This document shows, piece after piece, positions 53,745 through 62,465 of a stretch of DNA of 64,000 nt. Both the position numbers and the translations under genes were made by a program. The notes below the pieces were generated by a model that was given only the letters and a program-made list of their open reading frames with translations, did no database searches and was not told the DNA's origin. Within the stretch, counting starts at the first letter, position 1. Each line of letters starts with the position of its first letter. Source of the stretch: Nitrososphaerota archaeon (GTDB taxonomy: Archaea; Thermoproteota; Nitrososphaeria; Nitrososphaerales; UBA57); assembly GCA_024860875.1 (NCBI GenBank), contig JACPSZ010000008.1, forward strand, positions 84,106-148,105, read 5' to 3'.

Positions 53745-54221
53745 CTAAATCATCGCCTCTACCAGTTTTGGTAATTCTGGATTGTGTCCCAGAACTCCTC
53801 CCTGTGAATACAACCTCCTTGTCGAGCGCCTAAAGCCACCTTTCGGAGGAGATAATGCAACTGAAGGTTTTACCCCTACCGCATTAAGAGTAGTCTTACC
53901 ATCGCTAAGAGCCTTCGCAAGGTCTGAAAGTTTGCTGTATCCTAAAGCCTTCAGAACATCATCAGTAATAGGAGTCTTTCCCTCTACTCTCCCTCTTTTT
54001 TCAATCATCTTCAATGTAAGTTCTGGCTTCGCTTCGCACCAAGCCACATGCTCCTTTGCCCTTTGGAGCATCCCTCTATAATCTGGAGTGTCTGGAACTA
54101 CGGTTGCTCTAAACCTTGTCTCAAGGTGCAAATTCTTCAGAGTCTCCCTTACGCCTGTTGGTGTATTTACTAGACCTCTAAGATTGACGACCAAAAAACT
54201 TGGCAAGATGCTAGCCTCCAA
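53745..54221 (-). CDS. rpl30: 50S ribosomal protein uL30
   Basis: LVVNLRGLVNTPTGVRETLKNLHLETRFRATVV. Operon position after S5. Confidence 0.9.
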   Translation of the reverse strand: MEASILPSFLVVNLRGLVNTPTGVRETLKNLHLETRFRATVVPDTPDYRGMLQRAKEHVAWCEAKPELTLKMIEKRGRVEGKTPITDDVLKALGYSKLSDLAKALSDGKTTLNAVGVKPSVALSPPKGGFRRSTRRLYSQGGVLGHNPELPKLVEAMI

Positions 54222-54840
54222 CCGTGCTTAGGCCGTGAACCCTCTTCAAAGCATCGTATACAGCGTTAGCAACTGAAGCCATTGTACTAGTCGAACCATA
54301 AGTCCTAGTCCAAGCGTCTTTGATGCCTGCAAGGGACAAAAGCGTCCTAACAGTTTCCCCCGCTACGAGCCCAAGCCCTCTTGGGCCCGGGATTATGTCA
54401 ACTCTGACGCTTCCTCCTTTTCCGCTGGTCTTGTAAGGTATCGAATGCCCTCTCCCACATCTGCATTCCCAGCTTCCGCAACCCAACTTAACAGGAATCA
54501 CCTTAAGATAAGAGTCATAGGTTCCTTTTTCAATAGCGCTTCGCATTTGAGCTGCCTTTCCCCTCCCGACGCCAAGCCAGCCGTTTCCATTTCCAACTGC
54601 AACTACCGCTGCGAACTTTGTAACTTCGCCAGCATCAGTCTGCTTCTGCACTATGCCCACGCTGACAGCGTCAGCCTTCAAATCGGGAAGCAGTGTCTTT
54701 ACTATTTCGTGCTCTTTGATCTTCCAACCATTCTGGAAAATCTCTTCCATGGAGGTAACTTTGCCCTGAGCTACCAGCATGCCGAGTTTGGTCCTCGGTA
54801 TCCAAGGCTTTTCCTTCTCTTCCGTTCTGTAGGCACTCAA
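54211..54840 (-). CDS. rps5: 30S ribosomal protein uS5
   Basis: KFAAVVAVGNGNGWLGVGRGKA and IIPGPRGLGLVAG motifs. Confidence 0.92.
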   Translation of the reverse strand: MSAYRTEEKEKPWIPRTKLGMLVAQGKVTSMEEIFQNGWKIKEHEIVKTLLPDLKADAVSVGIVQKQTDAGEVTKFAAVVAVGNGNGWLGVGRGKAAQMRSAIEKGTYDSYLKVIPVKLGCGSWECRCGRGHSIPYKTSGKGGSVRVDIIPGPRGLGLVAGETVRTLLSLAGIKDAWTRTYGSTSTMASVANAVYDALKRVHGLSTVGG

Positions 54841-54843
54841 GTT

Positions 54844-55416
54844 CTACTTTCCTCCCTTAATTTTCGATTCAATTTGTTCAAAGTGATCGCCAAACTTTTC
54901 AGTGCTCAGTTGAGCCTTCTTCCAAGTCGAGAACTGTGGAGACTCGGACCCTTTCCTAGAAGACGCGTAGGCAGCTATATGTTCTCCTTTTATCCTTTCT
55001 TCAGACGGAAGAACTTCCTCATCGACTGGAATTGCAATACCTGCATCAATTACACCTTTTACAGCAGCCGCAATCCTTGAGGCTGCTCTAAACGGCCTTA
55101 TGCCAGAATACACTATTGCACTTTCTACGCCCACATTCTTCGCCTTCTGGCCCGCAAGAAGACCTGTCAAATAGGCTGCTGGTATTGATTTGCCAGAACT
55201 CTTCCAGCCAAGTTTCTTCAATTCTCTAGAGTGTGCTGCAGCAATGACGTTATCTCCTCCGATCTTGGCCTCTGAAACCTGTACATTCGTATTTCTGCCG
55301 CTAATCCTTATCGCGATGAAATTCTCCTTCGACAGAATTACTTTCTTCCTCGTATTGTAATCAGTCTTTCCATCACGTCTTCTTCTGAGCATAGCTACAA
55401 ATCTTGCTTTAGGCAT
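54844..55416 (-). CDS. rpl18: 50S ribosomal protein uL18
   Basis: RRRRDGKTDYNTRKKVI..., RISGRNTNVQV, and operon position. Confidence 0.9.
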   Translation of the reverse strand: MPKARFVAMLRRRRDGKTDYNTRKKVILSKENFIAIRISGRNTNVQVSEAKIGGDNVIAAAHSRELKKLGWKSSGKSIPAAYLTGLLAGQKAKNVGVESAIVYSGIRPFRAASRIAAAVKGVIDAGIAIPVDEEVLPSEERIKGEHIAAYASSRKGSESPQFSTWKKAQLSTEKFGDHFEQIESKIKGGK

Positions 55417-55417
55417 T

Positions 55418-55861
55418 TTACTTGCCTCCCGCCGCAGCTATCAATTCTTGCATATGCTTTACCGTCCTGACTTGACCTACACCTATCTGCCTGTAAATCT
55501 GCCAGAATACATCGTTGCTAATTTCGCTTCTGGCCTTCTTTATCTTGAGTCTTCTCCTTAATGTTCTGACCCTTGTAACCCATGCTTCTTTTCTTGAAAG
55601 TTGCGCGTATTTGGCGCCTTCTTTCGAACCCGCCCCCCTTCCTCTGACTTTGGCCTTCCTGCGCCTGACTCTTACCCTTCCTCGTGAAATTCCTTTCTTC
55701 TGCTCGACCCAGATTACGCCTTCCTTTAACAAAGATCTTATACTCCCTCTTGTGATCGCATCCTCTAAGCGTTCTGTTTCTGCAGGGTCCAGCCTAATCC
55801 TTGTTGCCCCTATGCCCAATATATCCGCAGCCATTCTTCTTTTAGCTCGTAGATCAGCCAT
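55418..55861 (-). CDS. rpl19e: 50S ribosomal protein eL19 (L19e)
   Basis: DLRAKRRMAADILGIGATRIRLDP...SRGRVRVRRRKAKVRGRG. Confidence 0.92.
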   Translation of the reverse strand: MADLRAKRRMAADILGIGATRIRLDPAETERLEDAITRGSIRSLLKEGVIWVEQKKGISRGRVRVRRRKAKVRGRGAGSKEGAKYAQLSRKEAWVTRVRTLRRRLKIKKARSEISNDVFWQIYRQIGVGQVRTVKHMQELIAAAGGK

Positions 55862-55875
55862 TTCTCATATTCACC

Positions 55876-56919
55876 TTAAGACACAACCTTAACAGTCCCG
55901 GGGTTCAGTACCTTTATCCCCATCTGCTGAGCTTTCTGCATCAGCATTGCTCGGGCTTTTCCGCCGAGAGTTGCAGCGAATCTTGCTGCGTCAGTCCTCG
56001 GGTTAAGCTTCTCCATTTCGTTTGTGTTATGCACAAGTATGTCCCTCATACCTGAAGGATGCAACCCTCTGACTGCCTTTGGGCCTCGGTAACCAACCTT
56101 AACAAGTGGAGGCCATCCTTTAACCGAGAGCCTGACTTTGTGATCTATACCCTTCGGCTTTCTCCATGGTTCATGCAATCTAACATATCTCCACGATTCA
56201 GGCCTTACGAAATCGGGTTTCCTCTGCTTTAGCTCCCTTCTTAATGCAAAAAGTCTTGCAATGTCAACCTTCTTCTGCGCTGCTTGCTTCTTTGGAAGCT
56301 TAACCCGTTTCATAGCCAGCGGAGGTTTCTTTACAACAGGAGCTGGCTTTGGAGGCGGCGGAATGACTTTCTTTGGAACCACCCTTTCGACCTTAGGAAC
56401 CACAACTGGTTCTTTCTTTACTTGTACAGGCTGCATCTTTGGTGCAGCAACAGGCTTAGAAATTGGCTTAGGCTCAGGTTTTGTTATAGGCTCCTTCTTG
56501 GGAACCGCTACTGGCTGGGGTTTAGGAGCTTCAATAATCTCTTTCTTTGCGACAACAACAGGTGCTGGTTTCGATACAACGATCTCCTTCTTTGGTTCTT
56601 GAACAGGCAGAGTTTCTTTCTTTGGAGGAACCTTGACCTCAGGTTTTTCCCCTTCCTTCGTAGGTTTCTCCTTCCGTAATAGCACTTCCTTCTTTTCTGG
56701 AACTTCTTTCGCAGGAGGAGCTTTGGCCTCTACTTTAGGAACCTGAGGTTCTTTCTTAGTAGGCTTCCCCGCTTCTTTTTTGGGTTCCTTGGCTTTTATT
56801 GCAGGAGTAACTTTAGCTTTCTCTTCAACCTTCTTTACAGCCTTCTTCTCGACCTTCTGCTCTTTTTCTTCCTTTGCAGGCTTCTTTTTCTCCTTTAGCT
56901 TCTCTTCCCTCTTCACCAT
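55876..56919 (-). CDS. rpl32e: 50S ribosomal protein eL32 (L32e) with a ~200-aa Lys/Pro/Glu/Val-rich N-terminal extension
   Basis: The C-terminal ~145 aa form a canonical L32e core (RKPDFVRPESWRYVRL...WRKPKGIDHKVR...GYRGPKAVRGLHPSG). The single ORF stays open 5' to an ATG sharing nt 56919 with the L6 stop. Confidence 0.85.
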   Translation of the reverse strand: MVKREEKLKEKKKPAKEEKEQKVEKKAVKKVEEKAKVTPAIKAKEPKKEAGKPTKKEPQVPKVEAKAPPAKEVPEKKEVLLRKEKPTKEGEKPEVKVPPKKETLPVQEPKKEIVVSKPAPVVVAKKEIIEAPKPQPVAVPKKEPITKPEPKPISKPVAAPKMQPVQVKKEPVVVPKVERVVPKKVIPPPPKPAPVVKKPPLAMKRVKLPKKQAAQKKVDIARLFALRRELKQRKPDFVRPESWRYVRLHEPWRKPKGIDHKVRLSVKGWPPLVKVGYRGPKAVRGLHPSGMRDILVHNTNEMEKLNPRTDAARFAATLGGKARAMLMQKAQQMGIKVLNPGTVKVVS

Positions 56920-57479
56920 TAGTTCCTCACCTTTTCATATAGGTACAGGCCATCCAAGAAGACTCTCTGGTCTTTCCTGCGCACTTTTGTTGCCTGTTCT
57001 ATGTTAGCGGCAGTGTGACCTACATCTTCGACGTTAGTTCCTTGAATTATTACATCATCGCCCTGCACGCTAGCCTTACAGTCGCCAACTATCTGCGCAA
57101 CTCTTGGAGAGCGCTCTCCGTAGAAGTTCTCTACGTGTATTTCATTGCCCTTGACCTTTACTGTAATGGGGAAGTGTGCGAATACTACTTTCACCTTGTA
57201 GGTAAAGCCCTTCATGACTCCATGAATTAGGCTTGCAATTATTGACGATGCTGTCCCAAGGACTGCTTTGTCTTCCTTCTTCCTTCCGAATGGCTTGACC
57301 TTTACCTTTTTGCCTTCTACGATTATCGTTGCTCTGACCAAGTTGAAGTCCTTTTTTGCAGTTCCCAGAGGACCCTTAATCTCGAATACTCCCTGCTTCA
57401 TCGATGCAGTGACGCCGTTAGGGATCTCTATTTCCCTTATCAGTTCCTTGGGTTGAGTATGCTTAGTAGACGTAGCCAA
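56919..57479 (-). CDS. rpl6: 50S ribosomal protein uL6
   Basis: Two-domain L6 pattern (GVFEIKGPLG, FAHFPITVKVKGNEIHVENFYGERSPR) and operon position. Confidence 0.92.
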   Translation of the reverse strand: MATSTKHTQPKELIREIEIPNGVTASMKQGVFEIKGPLGTAKKDFNLVRATIIVEGKKVKVKPFGRKKEDKAVLGTASSIIASLIHGVMKGFTYKVKVVFAHFPITVKVKGNEIHVENFYGERSPRVAQIVGDCKASVQGDDVIIQGTNVEDVGHTAANIEQATKVRRKDQRVFLDGLYLYEKVRN

Positions 57480-57855
57480 TTAGCCTCCCTCCTACCTGTT
57501 TCTCTTGAGCTTCTTTGTGCGACATTACGCCCTGGGGAGTCGAAACTATTAGAACTCCGATCCCTACTGCTGGAAGATATTGCCTCTCCCACTTTCCGAA
57601 CTCCTTGAGCTTGACTGCGAACCTTGGCGATATGACTCCGCACCTGTTAATCCTTCCAAGAAGCTGAATTCTAATCTTTCCTCCGATTCCATCATCAATA
57701 GTCTCGAATTCTCCGATGTACTTGCTGGCCTGCATAGTTCTGAGGACCTTTGTAGCCAAGTTTGACGAAGGGACTACAAGGCACTCCTTCTTGTTTCTCA
57801 TCTCGTTGTTATACATCGCTGAAAAAAGATTTGCCAAAATGTTATTTGCTGCCAT
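57463..57855 (-). CDS. rps8: 30S ribosomal protein uS8
   Basis: NILANLFSAMYNNEMRNKKEC...YIGEFETIDDG...GVLIVSTPQGVMSHKEA. Confidence 0.92.
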   Translation of the reverse strand: MAANNILANLFSAMYNNEMRNKKECLVVPSSNLATKVLRTMQASKYIGEFETIDDGIGGKIRIQLLGRINRCGVISPRFAVKLKEFGKWERQYLPAVGIGVLIVSTPQGVMSHKEAQEKQVGGRLIGYVY

Positions 57856-57864
57856 CTATTCCAC

Positions 57865-58026
57865 CTAATCATATTTCCTAAAGCTGAGCTTAGGAGCCAC
57901 TTCCCTAAAGCATTGCCTACACAAGAGCAAGTTGTATTTCTGAATCATGGCACCATACTGTCCGCAACGCTTGCACCATCTTGCACCCTTTCCGAACTTT
58001 CTTGGCTTACCATGCCTTGCCTTCAT
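57865..58026 (-). CDS. rps14: 30S ribosomal protein uS14 (zinc-ribbon type)
   Basis: Hand translation gives [53 protein letters not shown] (53 aa, CxxC...CxxC). It lies between L5 and S8 and is below the ORF-track cutoff. Confidence 0.9.
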   Translation of the reverse strand: MKARHGKPRKFGKGARWCKRCGQYGAMIQKYNLLLCRQCFREVAPKLSFRKYD

Positions 58027-58560
58027 TTATTCGACCACCTCTATCCCAAGATGTTTTTGCGCAAACGTTATTGCTTCCTCCTTTGTTATTCGATGGGATA
58101 ACCCGACTTTTGACCTTGCCCTCTTTCTGGAGCTTACCCTTCTTCCTGGCCTGCCCAAGACAACTGAAACGTCAAAGCCGAATATTCCGATGTCGGGGTT
58201 ATAGCGAATACCAGGAACTTCAATGTGCTCTTTGACGCCGAAAGAGAAGTTGCCATTATTGTCGAATGATCTTGTCTTGACCTTGTTGTCTCTTGCTGCA
58301 AGAATCCTCTTTAAGACCTCTATTGCCTTAGCCTTCCTTAGAGTAACAATAACTCCTATTGGTTCTCCCTCGTGAACTCCAAAGTCCCTGATAGACTCCC
58401 TCGCTGCTCTTGCAGCAGGCTTCTGCCCTGTGAGTTCTTGGAGGACCTTTCTGGCTTTTTCATGGGGTTCTCCAGCTTTTCCTACACCAATATTGAGTAC
58501 TACCTTCTCGACTCTGATGGCCTTCATTGGCACTTCTGACTGAATTTGAACTGTATTCAT
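58027..58560 (-). CDS. rpl5: 50S ribosomal protein uL5
   Basis: IRVEKVVLNIGVG...YNPDIGIFGFDV. Confidence 0.92.
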   Translation of the reverse strand: MNTVQIQSEVPMKAIRVEKVVLNIGVGKAGEPHEKARKVLQELTGQKPAARAARESIRDFGVHEGEPIGVIVTLRKAKAIEVLKRILAARDNKVKTRSFDNNGNFSFGVKEHIEVPGIRYNPDIGIFGFDVSVVLGRPGRRVSSRKRARSKVGLSHRITKEEAITFAQKHLGIEVVE

Positions 58561-58562
58561 CT

Positions 58563-59282
58563 CTAACTCACTGACACTGTAACTGCAGGTTTGTTGTCGC
58601 CGACTACCATGACAAGTTTTGCAGGTATTTCGACATTGTTGTCCTTAATTTCGATACTTGCCATACGTGGTCTTGTAACTGTTCCTGGCTTTATTTCATT
58701 CAACATGCCGATTTCTCCCTGCCTCTCTCCTCCAGTAACCATTATCATGGAACCCTTCTTCATGGCTACGTGCCTGACAATCTTCTGCGAAGGCACTTCT
58801 ATTAGCGCAGAATCACTGACATTCATGTTAACTTCTGGTCCCGTAAGGATTGATCGCCCATCGTGCATCCCATATTGAATCATACTTTTCTGAACAGAAA
58901 CCTTGTTCTTTATTGAGCAGAGTTTTAGGTTCTTTTCATCTTTTGAAACTTCGATCGGATAAAGGGTACGAGTCTTTGTGGGAACAAGCCTGAACGTCTT
59001 GCCGAGGAGCGGCATCTCCAAAACGTCCATCAGCCCTACAGGAAAGTTTGGATCTCTTCTTGCAACGCCGTCGACAATTACCCCGCCATCTACAATGGCG
59101 GTTCTTACCTCCTTTGCGGTCTTTGCCAGTTTCAATACATCTCGAATGAGGACTGTTATAGGGATGCTCAGGGCCTTTGGATGAGGGCCAGGTGAAGTGT
59201 TTGGAGATAAATGCCTGCTTTTCCTAGATACTCCCCAGAACGTTGGAGCCTGTGTCCTGTTGAGTTTAGTGCTACCTGTCAT
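58563..59282 (-). CDS. rps4e: 30S ribosomal protein eS4 (S4e)
   Basis: FWGVSRKSRHLSPNTSPGPH, an S4-like domain, and a KOW-like C-terminal part. Confidence 0.92.
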   Translation of the reverse strand: MTGSTKLNRTQAPTFWGVSRKSRHLSPNTSPGPHPKALSIPITVLIRDVLKLAKTAKEVRTAIVDGGVIVDGVARRDPNFPVGLMDVLEMPLLGKTFRLVPTKTRTLYPIEVSKDEKNLKLCSIKNKVSVQKSMIQYGMHDGRSILTGPEVNMNVSDSALIEVPSQKIVRHVAMKKGSMIMVTGGERQGEIGMLNEIKPGTVTRPRMASIEIKDNNVEIPAKLVMVVGDNKPAVTVSVS

Positions 59283-59291
59283 TCAAATCGC

Positions 59292-59648
59292 CTACGATGC
59301 TTCTCCTTCTATGCTACTCTTCCTGAACTTGTCTGCTAGGTTAAGGTTTGTGATCATTACCTTTGAAGCGTGTATTTTTATCGGTATCTGCCCTCCCTTT
59401 ATCTTCTCTCTGTTGACGCCTTCAATAGAAATTCTGCTTTCTGAGCTATAAACTTTTGTGACCTTGCCCTCTATTCCCTTGAATTCTCCTCTCACGATCT
59501 TTACACTATCATCTTTACGCACTCTGGCCGAGCCTGTTCCATATTTTTCCTTAAGTTCATCGGATACCGCCGCAGAAACCCTCTTTGACTGGATGTGCAG
59601 AGGTGCACCGAAGTATCTTTTTCTTGCCTTTGTGTGCTTTGTAGCCAT
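59292..59648 (-). CDS. rpl24: 50S ribosomal protein uL24
   Basis: KOW motif VRKDDSVKIVRGEFKGIEGKVTKV. Confidence 0.92.
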   Translation of the reverse strand: MATKHTKARKRYFGAPLHIQSKRVSAAVSDELKEKYGTGSARVRKDDSVKIVRGEFKGIEGKVTKVYSSESRISIEGVNREKIKGGQIPIKIHASKVMITNLNLADKFRKSSIEGEAS

Positions 59649-59656
59649 AACAATAC

Positions 59657-60091
59657 CTACACTATAATAGTCGCCACGTTAGCGATCCTAGGCCATCGCT
59701 CCGCTGCTTCAGAGGCTACCGGTCCTTTAATGTCAGTGCCCTTCAATTCGCCTTCTGGCGTCATCAACACAGCAGCGTTATCCTCAAACACGACTCTCAT
59801 CCCACTTAGCCTTCTCACAGGGTACTTCTGCCTGATTACTACTGCACCAAAGGTCTGCTTCGACAGCTCTGGAGGGCCTTTCTTTACTACAACAGTGATA
59901 AGATCGCCAACGCAGGCAGATGGCATTCTCTTGAGCCTGCCCTTGAATTTCTGAACCTGCACAACCCTCAAGGTCTTTGCACCAGTGTTATCTGCGCAGG
60001 TAATAACAGCGTAAACTGGTATGGAACGTGTGATATAGGGCTTATATTCTGTTACACCCTTTGCTGAAACTGCGCGAGATTTGGCTGACAT
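59657..60091 (-). CDS. rpl14: 50S ribosomal protein uL14
   Basis: ITCADNTGAKTLRVVQV...GDLITVVVKKG...FEDNAAVL. Confidence 0.92.
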   Translation of the reverse strand: MSAKSRAVSAKGVTEYKPYITRSIPVYAVITCADNTGAKTLRVVQVQKFKGRLKRMPSACVGDLITVVVKKGPPELSKQTFGAVVIRQKYPVRRLSGMRVVFEDNAAVLMTPEGELKGTDIKGPVASEAAERWPRIANVATIIV

Positions 60092-60414
60092 TACTTCTCA
60101 ACCCTCTCCAATACTACAAAAGACACTGTCTTAGTTATCGGCCTACATTCACCTATTGTGACTGTGTCGCCTTCCTTTATGCCAAGGCATGGAGCTAGAT
60201 GTGCAGATATTCTGCTGGTTCTCTTTTCGTATCGCAAATATTTTGGGACATACTTGTAATATTCTCGCTGGATAACCGCTGTAAGCTTAGCTTTTGTGCT
60301 GATTGCAATTCCTTCCAAAATCCTTCCTCTGACACCAATATTCCCATGAAACGGACAGTATGGGTCGGTGCAGGAATTCTTTGGGGGATTTATGTCGATT
60401 CCAATGTTCCTCAT
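60091..60414 (-). CDS. rps17: 30S ribosomal protein uS17
   Basis: CTDPYCPFHGNIGVRGRILEG...KEGDTVTIGECRPITKTVSFVV. Confidence 0.92.
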   Translation of the reverse strand: MRNIGIDINPPKNSCTDPYCPFHGNIGVRGRILEGIAISTKAKLTAVIQREYYKYVPKYLRYEKRTSRISAHLAPCLGIKEGDTVTIGECRPITKTVSFVVLERVEK

Positions 60415-60417
60415 TTC

Positions 60418-60696
60418 TTACACCAGCTTTGCTATCCTCTCTTCTGGTCTTCCGATTATTGCAGAGCCATCCACTTTAGCAGCCTTTGCATCTGAGAATT
60501 CTAACTCTGCATTCTTCTTTGGAAGTATCTTCCTCCCTTCAGACGTCTCAAGAACCAAGGTATTTCGAGTTTCCAAAACAATTTTCCCCACAACGGATTT
60601 CATTGTAGGATCTGAATTCTCAACGACGTTAGCTTGCAGACCGATTAGTACAATCGAAACGTTTCTATTCATTCTCTTCCTCAACTTCCTTCTCAC
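60418..60696 (-). CDS. rnp1: RNase P protein component 1 (Rpp29/Pop4 homolog)
   Basis: LIGLQANVVENSDPTMKSVVGKIVLETRNTLVLETSEGRKILPKKNAELEF...VDGSAIIGRPEERI fits the Rpp29 pattern. It sits in the conserved archaeal position between L29 and S17. The true start is probably downstream of the overlap with L29. Confidence 0.8.
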   Translation of the reverse strand: MRRKLRKRMNRNVSIVLIGLQANVVENSDPTMKSVVGKIVLETRNTLVLETSEGRKILPKKNAELEFSDAKAAKVDGSAIIGRPEERIAKLV

Positions 60697-60871
60697 TCAG
60701 AACCGTGAGTACGCGTGCGATGTTCTTTCTTAGAGGCCTGATTTTTCCGATTTCCTTCTTGGCCGCTCCTCTTGCTGCCGCAGCCTTAACCCTTGACAGC
60801 TCTGCGTGAAGCTCCGCATATTTTGACATCAAATCGTCTTCTGATAGCTTTCTAAGTTCACTCGCTTTCAT
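60665..60871 (-). CDS. rpl29: 50S ribosomal protein uL29
   Basis: MKASELRKLSEDDLMSKYAELHAELSRVKAAAARG. Confidence 0.9.
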   Translation of the reverse strand: MKASELRKLSEDDLMSKYAELHAELSRVKAAAARGAAKKEIGKIRPLRKNIARVLTVLSEKEVEEENE

Positions 60872-61514
60872 TATGAGTATCTACTCCATCTTTTGTTTCT
60901 TCAATTGCAGGCTTTGCTCCATCCTTTTCGATTAGTTCGAACTCCTTTGGAATGGCATCTTTCACTGCAATCTTAACTTTAATTCCATAAAGACCCATCT
61001 TCATCAAAACATCGGTTGTGGCTTCGCGGACAATTGCCTTTGCAGTGTTGCCGCTCTTGGGAACGACGCCTCCCTTGTACTTTTCAAAGTGAGACCTTTC
61101 ACTCCGCAATTTGCCAGCAATGCCTATCTCACAACCCATGGCACCTGCGCCCATTATGCTGTTAAGTGTAAACGATGCAGCTCTTCTGAAAGCTGTTCCT
61201 CTTCCTACTGATTGTGCTATCCTGCATGCCATGATGTAAGGGTTTAACTCTGGAACTGAAACCTCAGCGACAGAAACTTGTGGATTTGGAAGGCCGAACT
61301 TTTTCTCCAAATCTTCCGTTAACTGCCTGATCCCTGTGCCTCTTCTTCCAATAACAAGACCAGGTTTGAAAACGTATACATTTATGCGTGTCCCGACCTG
61401 ACTCCTTACAATGTCAGCGCCTCCAAAGCCAGCCTCGGCAAGCTGCTTGGAAAGATATTCGTCAAGTTCGATGTTCCTTGAATAGTTCTTAAGAATATTC
61501 TTTACTGCTGACAT
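60858..61514 (-). CDS. rps3: 30S ribosomal protein uS3
   Basis: KH domain GLVIGRRGTGIRQLTEDLEKKF, and the C-terminal domain GAMGCEIGIAGKL. Confidence 0.92.
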   Translation of the reverse strand: MSAVKNILKNYSRNIELDEYLSKQLAEAGFGGADIVRSQVGTRINVYVFKPGLVIGRRGTGIRQLTEDLEKKFGLPNPQVSVAEVSVPELNPYIMACRIAQSVGRGTAFRRAASFTLNSIMGAGAMGCEIGIAGKLRSERSHFEKYKGGVVPKSGNTAKAIVREATTDVLMKMGLYGIKVKIAVKDAIPKEFELIEKDGAKPAIEETKDGVDTHNESE

Positions 61515-61975
61515 TAAGCTTCACCTGCAACAAGTTCTATATGCGTTAGAGTGTTAAGGCTCGGAGAAGAGCGACCATGAGCACGCGGTGTGTACCCCTT
61601 AATTCGCCTGCCACGATGAGCAACGGCATGGATGATCTTGATCTTTTCAGCATCAAGGCCCTTGAATTCAGCGTTTGCTTCAAGGTTATCAAGAACTCCC
61701 AAAATTTCTTTAGCAGTCTTCTGGGGAAACCTTCCCGAGGGGAAGCCCTGCAGTTGTGATTTGTGTCCAACCTTCAACTTGTAGCGCCTGAATGCTACGG
61801 GAATCTTCATAGATGAAACATCTTCAAGAAATGATCTGGCGTCTGGCAATGTTTTGCCCTTTATGGCTTCACAGACTTCTCTTGCAGCTTTCGGACTACA
61901 GTCTACCTCGCGTCCACTAGAACGCACATGAACTAATGGATCGTAACCAGCAAAACTGTACTTGAATTGCGGCAA
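61514..61975 (-). CDS. rpl22: 50S ribosomal protein uL22
   Basis: VHVRSSGREVDCSPKAAREVCEAIKGK...IIHAVAHRGRRIKGYTPRAHGRSSP. The apparent start codon is TTG. Confidence 0.9.
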   Translation of the reverse strand: MPQFKYSFAGYDPLVHVRSSGREVDCSPKAAREVCEAIKGKTLPDARSFLEDVSSMKIPVAFRRYKLKVGHKSQLQGFPSGRFPQKTAKEILGVLDNLEANAEFKGLDAEKIKIIHAVAHRGRRIKGYTPRAHGRSSPSLNTLTHIELVAGEA

Positions 61976-62069
61976 CTTTAACTTTCACTTTTCCGTAAAG
62001 TGCGAATTACCCTCGCACGAAGATGCATGAAACGATATAAGCGTTTTTAGTATGATAAAAATCACCAAA

Positions 62070-62465
62070 TTACTTTAGAGGCACGTAAAGGCTTGATCTA
62101 GAAGCTCCTATACCCGGAGTTCCGTGTACGACCTTCTTGTTGGTTATGGCAAACTCTCCAAGGAAGTGGCCTATCATTTCGGGTTTGATATCGACAGGAG
62201 CAAATTCCTTTCCAGTGTAGACGTGTATCTTCATTCCAAGCATGCTGGGGAGTATTATCATGTCCCTTGCATGAGTCTTTATTGCGACCACTTTCTTGGA
62301 ATCTTTTGCATATCTTATCTCTTCAAGAAGCTCCCTCTTCTCTTCCGAGATGCCTCTGTTCAGGGATCTCCTCTGCCTTGAGGGAAGCAATGCTAGGAAT
62401 GACTCTATAGACATTGCCTGAAGCTGCCCCATCGTATGTCCTCTGTACTTGAACTCCTTCGGCAT
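62070..62465 (-). CDS. rps19: 30S ribosomal protein uS19
   Basis: [57 protein letters not shown]. Confidence 0.92.
   Translation of the reverse strand: MPKEFKYRGHTMGQLQAMSIESFLALLPSRQRRSLNRGISEEKRELLEEIRYAKDSKKVVAIKTHARDMIILPSMLGMKIHVYTGKEFAPVDIKPEMIGHFLGEFAITNKKVVHGTPGIGASRSSLYVPLK

Noticed and set aside
56261-56679. Two long plus-strand ORFs (113 and 131 aa) rich in Gly/Phe/Thr/Leu/Trp
   Set aside because: They are antisense to the low-complexity Lys/Pro/Glu-coding extension of L32e. Open antisense frames are expected from such repetitive codon composition. They have no start context or recognisable domain.
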